DNA of 64,000 nt, taken from the human T2T-CHM13v2.0 reference genome, Homo sapiens. Both the position numbers and the translations under genes were made by a program. The stretch lies in assembly GCF_009914755.1 (NCBI RefSeq), contig NC_060937.1. One strand, written 5' to 3'. The stretch's first letter is position 1. The number at the start of each line of letters is the position of its first letter. Under the pieces are notes generated by a model. It searched no databases and had not been told where the DNA came from. It worked only from the letters and a program-made list of their open reading frames with translations. Of the stretch, positions 55,527 to 64,000 are shown one piece after another.

Positions 55527-56798
55527 CCAGGGCAGCAGGCATGCCACTACTCCTCAGGACACATGTGTGGGCCAAGTAGAGAGCGCCGGCCCCTCAAGGA
55601 CCATGGCCTGAGCCTGGTGGACGCCCTTCCTTCTGGTCGGTTGTGGGGCTCAATAAATGGCTCTGTGAACTTCCCCTGCACCCCCAGGGCCGTTCCCATG
55701 AGCTGCTCCCTGATTCACAGGGCTGGGCCCACCCTGGGACAGCTGCCCCCACTCTCCTCAGGACAACAAGCCACATCCCTCCACTGGGGGCCCCAGACCC
55801 CACGCAGTCAGGGTGGACCGTGCACAGGGTTTGTGGGGACTGCAGTTGTGGAGGCCCCAGGTCCATCCCTGAGCAGGCACTGGTGCCCCAAGATAGCCTC
55901 CTGGCTGTGTTGGGAAGGAATTGTGCCCCAGCTGTGCCACCAGCTGCCCTGATTTGCTTCAGCCTCGGTTCCTTCTGCGGCCCTGGTGGGATCCAGGAGC
56001 ACTGAGGCCTGCAGGGGCTGCCGTGGGGGCTGGCTCGGGGCCCTCCCCACCTGGGGGTCTGTTTCCCTTTCAGTCTCCCCTGCCACCCTCAGTGACCAGG
56101 GACACAGATGGCCCTGGCAAGGCCCTCGGCCTGCTGCTCGCCTGTTGTCTGCACCCCCTGGGCTGCACCCCCCTACCCCACCCATTGCCCTCGCCCTACC
56201 CAGCTGCTCCAAACCCAGGCAGCCCACTGCATTGCTCTGGGGGTGGAAAGCAGAGGGTCCTTCTGCAGGGAGGAGATATGGAGTGGGCCCAGCCCTGAAG
56301 CTCTTGCTGACCCGGAAGTGAGAGAGGTCCTTCTTTGTTGCTGGAAGCCCTGGGATTTGGGGGTTGGTTTTTGGATTGTGAATCAGTGACTGATCAGTCC
56401 TTGTTTTCAAGTTGTGGAAAGCAAGGGGGTGGTGCGTCCCCAGGTCCCTGAGGCCCAGCTTGGCTCCCCCTGCCTGAGCTTCCCCCATCCCAGTGCTCTG
56501 TGGGGCCTCGCTGGCCCATGTCCTGCAGCAGGGCTGGGCAGGCTGGGTATGGTGGTGCACCCCACTGGGGGTGTCTGGGAAGTGCAGAGCAGGACCACTC
56601 TCAGCTCCCAGGCGGGGGCCCAGCACCCTGAGCCTTCCCAGGTTGCCTGGGGTGGGGGTGGTCCCAGGGACTTTATTAACTGGCTCAGTCCTTACTGAGA
56701 GCTCTGCACCATATCTCCTCCACACAGGTGCAGATTTTGCTTTTAGTTTTACAAAGATTAGAGCAAGAAAGAAGCTGCTTTTAAAACAAGAAAAAAAA
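55015..56798 (+). pseudogene. FAM207BP: SLX9 (FAM207A/C21orf70) processed retrocopy, 5'-truncated, with extended GC-rich 3' sequence
   Basis: Intronless FINTNIFARTKIDPSALVQKLELD...QMQLEDGGQL* (stop 55524-55526); AATAAA at 55652; GC-rich DNA continues to about 56730. The 3' boundary is uncertain and no clear TSD was found. The paralog name is inferred. Confidence 0.88.
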
Positions 56799-56895
56799 TC
56801 ACTTTCAGTGCACCGTCTCGTATAATATTATATCCTATTGTACCCTGCCGTGGTTTAGGCATCACTGTATTCTCTCATTGTGTCATGTATATATC

Positions 56896-56959
56896 AAGAG
56901 CTAAATAAATGTCTGTTTCATTGAATGTAAGAGCTAAATAAATGTCTGTTTCATTGAAT
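56896..56959. repeat. Tandem duplication, perfect 31 bp with period 33
   Basis: aagagctaaataaatgtctgtttcattgaat at 56896 and 56929. Confidence 0.9.
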
Positions 56960-57324
56960 AGTTCAGCTCTGCTTTCACCTCTTCTAATTAAACCAACACC
57001 ACATGCCACTTGCTACCTCCTGAACAATTACTACTTTTGTGTTTCTTCATTTATCCAACAAACAGCTCCAAAGATGGAACATTCAACTCTAACATAAACC
57101 CTGCTGCTTCCATGGGCTCTGCGCCCACCCCCTTGTTATGCTACACTGACATTTAGACCTACTAGAAGGTAACTGTTTTTCATTTATGTGTCCTTACAGG
57201 TCCCAATAAGAGTCCCTGAAGAGAAAAGGTACATTGCATACCCAACATCAATTACATTTATCTTCCTTCATATGCAAAGCATCGTATGTTTCCACATTCA
57301 AGAAGCAAACTCATGAGTCATCAT

Positions 57325-57520
57325 GGGAACACCATGACTTTTAGATTCAGACTGATCTATATTCAAATGTGGAACTGATTCCACATTACATGTCTAGCTG
57401 TAAAACTGGGAGTAATGCATGTATATGACCTTTGTAGATCTGTTTTTTTAATCGGAATAATAGCAATATTTACCTTGCAGGTTTGTTCTGGGAATTCAAT
57501 GAGATGACACACATGCAGTG
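57325..57520 (+). mobile_element. MIR
   Basis: gacttttagattcagac...ttcaaat...ggaataatagcaatatttaccttgcagg...aattcaatgagatga. Confidence 0.5.
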
Positions 57521-58511
57521 CGGCTGCAAATGTACTGATGTTAGAGTCAAAATGTGGGAAAAACAGGGGCCTTTTAGTGTTCTATATGCAGACTAGTCTT
57601 TGTAGACTTGCACCCCCATTGACAGTGGAGGCAGTCGTGCGATCTTGGTTTGATCTAGTAATTGACATGTCATTTAGTTAACACAATCTGTTTTAGATGC
57701 TTTTCAGACTTTCAGATTCTGTCTCCTACTCCTGAACTTCCCTGGAATGACACCAAGTTGTATGAGGGGTTTACTGTGTCCTTGTGATAGTGGAGAGAAA
57801 AAAAATTCAGATCATGTGGAATCCTTAGATGCCCTCTATGCCCAGCTGTGGACAGGCTGGTCCACCTCTCCTTGTCTGAGGATTGCTGAGCTCTGTCTAG
57901 CTCTGCCTATCCTTTTGGAGTGAAGCTTTAGCTTCCTGGAGTCCAAGGTTTCAGGCATTTGTGTGTATTCAAGTCCACCCCCACTTTATCCTATCCACTC
58001 TGACCCCAAGCTTCTGACAGTTGCCCACTCCTTTTTCAACACTTCCACATCCCTTCTGGAGCATTTGGGAAATCTTAAATCCCTGTCATAACAAGTGCAG
58101 ACAATGGAGAGCCAGGGCTCCATAGTGGACTCACCACCTGAACCCATTCTGCAGTCTTCCCACAGAATTGCTCTGGAGCCATGATGGATCTGGCATCCAG
58201 CTGAAGGCACAAGTTGTTCTAGGGGCCTGCAGACTCTGCCTTGGAAAATAATCTACTCCTCTGGTATTTGTGTATTGCCCCATACTTCTATGTTCCTAAA
58301 AGAATTTGCATTTGATGTATGATTCTTACGTGGGAATAGGAACATTTTTGTTCTACTTTTTTTTTTTCTGCCTCCATTATCTGACAGGATGGGAAGGGGT
58401 AAGCTTTCCTGTTACTTTCCCTTCCTGTCTGAATGCAACTGTCCTATATCATTTGCTCCTCATTCCTCTAAGATTTCAGTCTCAAAGTTCAGCCCAAATG
58501 ATGAAATTGGC

Positions 58512-58876
58512 TGTATCTTGGTTTATTCTGGCTACTACAACAAACTACCATAGACTGGGTAGCTTATAAAAAACAGAAACGTATTTCTCACCGTTCTCAA
58601 GTCTGGGAAGTCTAAGATGAAGGCACCAGCAAATTCCATGTCTGCTGAGGCCTGTTTTCTGGTTCATAGATGGTGCTTTCTCACTGTGTCCTCACATTGG
58701 TGGAAGAGGCAAGGGCTTTTCCTTGAGTGCCTCATAAGGGCACTAATCCCATTCATGTGGATCTGCCCCCATGACCTAATCACCTCCCTAAGTCTTCACC
58801 CTCTGATACCATCACCATAGGAGTTAAAATTTCAACATACAAATTCTGAGAAGGCAGAAACAGTCAGACCCTAGCA
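58512..58876 (-). mobile_element. MLT1A/MSTD-type LTR
   Basis: caaactaccatagactgggtagcttataaa...gggcactaatcccattcatg...atgacctaatcacctccc...cagaccctagca. Confidence 0.8.
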
Positions 58877-61681
58877 GGGTGCAAGGACAGAAATCAGCCC
58901 AACTGTAAGAAAACTTAGAAAATATATCTAAAACTTTATCCCTGTTATAGATGGAAAACACTTGGTGCAGAGCCTGGAATCTTCTATGAACTTGGATAGG
59001 TGAATAACACTGTACTACATGGTGATAGCTGTGAAAGATCCAAGTGTTACACTTAGAACTGACAAATTCAACATATTTTGTCAGACAAGCATTGGGCTCA
59101 TTCTGTCCATTCCACAGTCTATTGGCTGAACTCTGCTAAACCTATCTGATTAAATAAAGACATCTGTAAAAGTCTTAATAATGGTCACACTACAAAGCTC
59201 TTTGAGTAACTAATCCCAGTGTTAGCCAGCAATGAGTCTTAGGGAAGTTCTTCACATTGACCTGGATTCCAAATACCTAATAAAAAAGAGCAAGTGTCAA
59301 ACTCAGTGTGTGTCTCTCTCTTCCTGTTTATTTGTGAATGGCTTTTAGTGAATAGGAAAAGAACAAAAAGTATAAATGCAGCTTGTCCACCACAACAATG
59401 TGCTTTTTCAACTTTTAGCTGACTAAGACATAAAAAGTTATAATTTCACTACTTTTTATATAAACATAACTGCATATTTTCACATCTTTGCTTTAAGACT
59501 TAAGATCCTCCAGCTGATCATAAATTGCCAGGAAATGTCTGCCCAGTCTATCACAGTGTCTTAATTAAGCAAAGGCATAGAAATTATATGGGGGCCTTGG
59601 CCCGTGGGACTCACTAGGTGTAATGAATTCTGAAGAAGCAGTAGACACAGATTTCCCATAATAAATACTAGTGGAAGGACAACAGAAATAAAAAAAGTTT
59701 TTTCTCTTTTCTACCAATCTCTTCCTTTTGAAAAAGATAGCAACGAAGATAGCTTAAAGATAGATCTTTAAGCCTCAATTTTGAGGCCATTTCTTTCTAG
59801 AGAATTTTTGGTTTCTCCTTTCCACACTCCATTATAGGCTGTGCTAAGGGACCCTCCTCTGCACTCCTATTGGTAAACAACATTATTATTGCATTATTCA
59901 CACCTGCTGTAATTGTCTTGTTTATATATTTGTCTCCCCCAATAAGTCTGTGGCCTTGCCTTGTGTTTCCAATAATTCACTCCTCAGAGGGCTTTCCCAG
60001 GGGGCTGGGGGCAGCGAGGGGCCCACTGATAAACAGCAGATGCCCAGTAGGCCTGAGGCATGGATGATGAAGGAGATGGGAAAAAAGGAGCAGCAGCTCC
60101 TGGGATGATATAGTTAAGAGCCCAAGGAGGTGCATTGCTTTAAAATTACTGATCGTAAGAAACAGTTCCTGCAAATGGTGTGGGGCATGCACCCTTCTGT
60201 CCATGCGAATTCAGTTGGTAAACACCAGAAACAGAATTCTCATTGGGTACTTGAAGCTCATAGAAATGTCAAGAGTAAAAGGAATGGTGCAGTTGGAATT
60301 CCTGTGCAATTTGAAGCTCTCACTTGAAAATGAGAGTGGGACAAGGAACCAGGATGAACAGACCAGGGGATCAAGCAGGAATAATATATGGTTCAATACT
60401 TGTCCAGAGTAAGAGAGATGAAATATTCACTGCTTTAGAAAAACTGAAGTTCTCACCTTTCTGAGGTCATGGCCTTCCAAGAAGAGATATTTTAGTTGCA
60501 ATAAATGAGCTCTTTCTACATGAGGCTGAGGGTTTGGCTTCCTTAATTCTGCAAAAAAAAAATAATAAAAACAGAGAGAGAGAGAAATAAAACACACCCA
60601 CTGACGTTCAAAGAGGAAGAGCAAAAGCCTGAACTTGCCATATCAATGACTAACTACAGAGTTATTCATTGGAATAAGATACATAGGATTTGCATCCCAA
60701 GAGAGGGCACTGACCCTGTTTGAGAACGATCATTTGGTTAAGAATTGTTTAATTTCCTTCCTTTTTAGAATTTGAAACAACAAAATCTATTAAGCAAAAA
60801 GTGGTAAGAGAGCATAAGATGCAGGAGACTTTCTCTGTCCCAAAAGACCTTACAGACTTGTTGAGAAGATTGTATGAATAGGTGAAAATCACCAAACGAT
60901 GGCATATGTGCTTGGCACAGAGTGGAAAATTGGTTAATATCTGTATGGATTGCTGCTTAGCTAATGAAGTCTGTGGTGTATTTACTAGCCTTAAGTACAT
61001 AATGGTGACTAAACTATGCTCCACCCTGACAAACCATGAGGCCTGCTCTTCGCACCACTCCCACCTCGGGCCTGTGCAATGAATCCCTGAGCTCCCTGTC
61101 CTTAGGAGTCACTGCCCTTTGGTCTTGTGAGGCTTTTCAGACCACACCCCTCCTGCCCTAACCTTCTTCCCTAACCTTCTCACTTAATTGCCGCAATTTT
61201 AGTTTGTTTGCCAAAGGAAACGAATCTGTGTGACCGTGAAAGTAAGAAGTAATATGAAGTAATATAAACAAGTGGCATAAAGTGTTGTGATGATTTTGTA
61301 TTGAGATGAGAAGTTGATCAGCTCGAACACAGAAGGAAGGTAGTGCCCTTAGAGGCAGAAGTATAAATTGATGATCCAGGTCTGTCTCTTCGAAGTGTGC
61401 ACCCTTGAGCAACTTACCAATTCACAAAACCCAAGTTTCCTCATGTTTGCAGAGAAGGGATCCCAGCTGTGGCACAGGCTTTGTTGGGCCAGTGGGGTGA
61501 GCGCAGCTGGAGTGGACAGCCTTAAGTCTATTTTGCATGAACAATGGCTTGTTTGAACAGAAATGCTGGTAGGTCTTTTATTGGCGGTGAGAGAGAGCAA
61601 TAACAAGTAGAATGTAGGTGACAGTCAATCAATTATTTCAACTCATTGGTGACAGTCTTTTGGGAAATGCAGGTTACATAC

Positions 61682-61989
61682 TGTCAGGCCTCTGAGCCCA
61701 AGCTAAGCCATCATATCCCCTGTGACCTGCACTATACATCCAGATGGCCTGAAGCAACTGAAGAGCCACAAAAGAAGTGAAAATAGCCTTAACTGATGAC
61801 ATTCCACCATTGTGATTTGTTTCTGCCCCACCTTAACTGATCCCAAAACCTATAAGAACTAATGATGATCCCACCACCCTTTGCTGACTCCTTTTTTGGA
61901 CACAGCCTGCCTGCACCCAGGTGAAATAAACAGCCTTGTTGCTCACACAAAGCCTGTTTGGTGGTCTCTTCACATGGACACGCGTGACA
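61682..61989 (+). mobile_element. HERV-H solo LTR (LTR7 family), short (308 bp)
   Basis: tgtcaggcctctgagcccaagctaagccatc ... gaaataaacagccttgttgctcacacaaagcctgtttggtggtctcttcac...gtgaca; no tRNA-His PBS follows. Confidence 0.93.
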
Positions 61990-64000
61990 AAGGGAAATCG
62001 TTCCAGCCTTAGAACTGTGCCTTTCTCTGAGGAGGGAGCCACAAAGTGTTAAGGAGGGCCAGGCAACAGGAGCCTAGGCAAGAAGTTAACACTCCCAGAC
62101 CTAAGCAATCTAATCCCAATAGCGTTCCGGGAGAGAAGAGCACTAAATACTTCCTCAGCAGAGAACAATTGAGGGTCTCCAATGCCTTTTCCATCTCAGG
62201 CAGCCAAGTCTCTGCTTCTGACTCCACTGAAGAGACTGGAGGGGGCATCAAAGAAGAGGAGCTCCAGCCATAAAATCAGAAAAGCATGAAACATTTGGTT
62301 GGAGGATGAGAAAGACACATAAAAATTCTTGTTAGCATGCATGTTACCTTTAATGAATATTGATCTCTACCTTTACACGTGCTTATTAGCATGCATATTG
62401 GAGTAAAACAAATTGGCAGCCACCAGTTTTCAGGAGAGATCCTGAAAAGTTTCAATTAAGCTAAACACGGCAAGGGAAATAAATGTACATGCATTACTAC
62501 TAATTTAGTGTGAGAAAAGTCATCGATTGCCTATATTTGGTGTTTATTTTTGCAGTTAAATTTCCTTAATAGAAAAGTATTTGTAGGAGCTTTTAGATGA
62601 ATATTTCTGACCTTTGTCTTCATTCTATTTTCCCCCTTAAGGTCTTCATTTCCTCAAAAGTGAATTCTCTCACCACAGGAATTTTCCCGATCCTTTCTTA
62701 CTTCCCTGTATTAGTCAGCCACTTACACAGAAATAATGATATGGAAGGACAAAAAAAGATGAGACAACCCATTTTCCTTTCAGCCCTTCCTTAATCATCT
62801 GTAAGCCAAAGACAGAAAGCACTGATAGGATGTGCTGATATCAAGAAGTGAAAAGACAAAACATTGGAGATAATTCAGTGCTAGGTCTCCACTCTTCTGG
62901 TTAGAACAAAATACATATGTATCCATGAACTAACAAATACAATTTGTGAAGTTTTAGTGATTCTGCACACAGGTTAAATGTGTTAAATTAAATATTTAAT
63001 TTAAAATGGGGATTGCACAGTTGATTTGCAATCTAAGATATTCTATCGCTAGTTTATTACTTTGGGCAAGTTATCTAAAAATCTGTGATCCTGTATTCTA
63101 TCTTTAAAATGAAAGTAATAATATTTACTTTCCAGTGTTGCAGTGTGAATAACTGAAATACTCTAAGTAGTAGTTATTAATCTCAACAATCATTTATTTG
63201 GCTTCTGATATATACAAGAGCCCATTTGAAATTCAAAATAAAATATAGTTTCTGATCTCAAGAAATTCACCATTCAATGGAATAGACAAGATTATATACA
63301 TATAAATAGAATGAGATTTAGAAGTGCCAATAGAGGTAGGTACAAAATGCTGGGGAATATAGAAAAGCATCATTCTAGGGGATGGGTGAGATTTCTCCAG
63401 GTAGACAAAATGGGTAGTTGTTCCCATCATGGGAAGGGCAGTGAAAAGACGTGATGTGGTGCAGCAGCAGCGTGACACACTGCACAGCCAAGAGGAGGTG
63501 GAAAAGGCAACCAGGACCTGATCACATTCACCTGTTAAGAAATTTGAATTTCTATTGCAGTTTGTCTCTTAAATAGGCTCTTTCTCTGATACACCATGAT
63601 CAACTGGTTCACAAAATAAGAACTCTGAATCACCCAACTGAATTTTCCTGGTGGACAGATTTTCCAGATTTCTAAAAAATGGGTGTTTGAGCATAAAGTA
63701 GCTGGTATCCTCTGTATTGTCATTAACCCTGACACAGAAATTCACAAGGAATAACAACATCCAGAATTTTCTGTGCAGGCTATTTATAGACCAAAGCCAG
63801 AGCAGTTATAGGAGTTCTGTTATTCACCCAGGATGATATCCCAATTCGTTCATTCACTCATCCTGCAAAGGTTGCCTGGCCCTGCTCAGGCTGACATGCC
63901 CCCACCTCCAGATGTTGAGCTGCTTCATAATCACCAAGCAGTGGCACCTCACGCCGTCCCATTAGAGAGTAGCATGCAGCCCACTTGTTGGGCATGTTGA

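Noticed and set aside
55563-56825. 305-aa minus-strand ORF and several 90-130 aa ORFs
   Set aside because: Expected in very GC-rich UTR or read-through DNA; no domain similarity recognised.

Overview
Primate (almost certainly human) gene-poor, repeat-rich DNA, made of Alu, L1, L2, MIR, MaLR/ERV LTRs, hAT/Tc-mariner MITEs and one full-length SVA. Three L1-mediated retrocopies lie on the + strand within about 34 kb: FEM1A (about 23.0-26.8 kb, disabled at its 5' end), TERF1 (about 38.4-41.2 kb, PIN2 splice form) and SLX9/FAM207A (about 55.0-56.8 kb). From memory, this order matches the pericentromeric segmental duplication shared by 13q11, 18p11 and 21q11, most likely the chr13 copy (FEM1AP4-TERF1P5-FAM207BP); this assignment is unverified. 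The most striking observation is the TERF1 copy. It is 5'-truncated but gained an in-frame ATG from its own target-site duplication. The result is an uninterrupted 405-aa TRF1/PIN2 ORF with intact TRFH and Myb domains, a destroyed tankyrase-binding motif and two lost phosphosites. The SLX9 copy likewise has an in-frame ATG from a flanking LTR8, and the FEM1A copy retains a 452-codon C-terminal ORF. The sequence alone gives no evidence that any of these are expressed. Repeat subfamily calls and parent-protein comparisons were made by eye or from memory.
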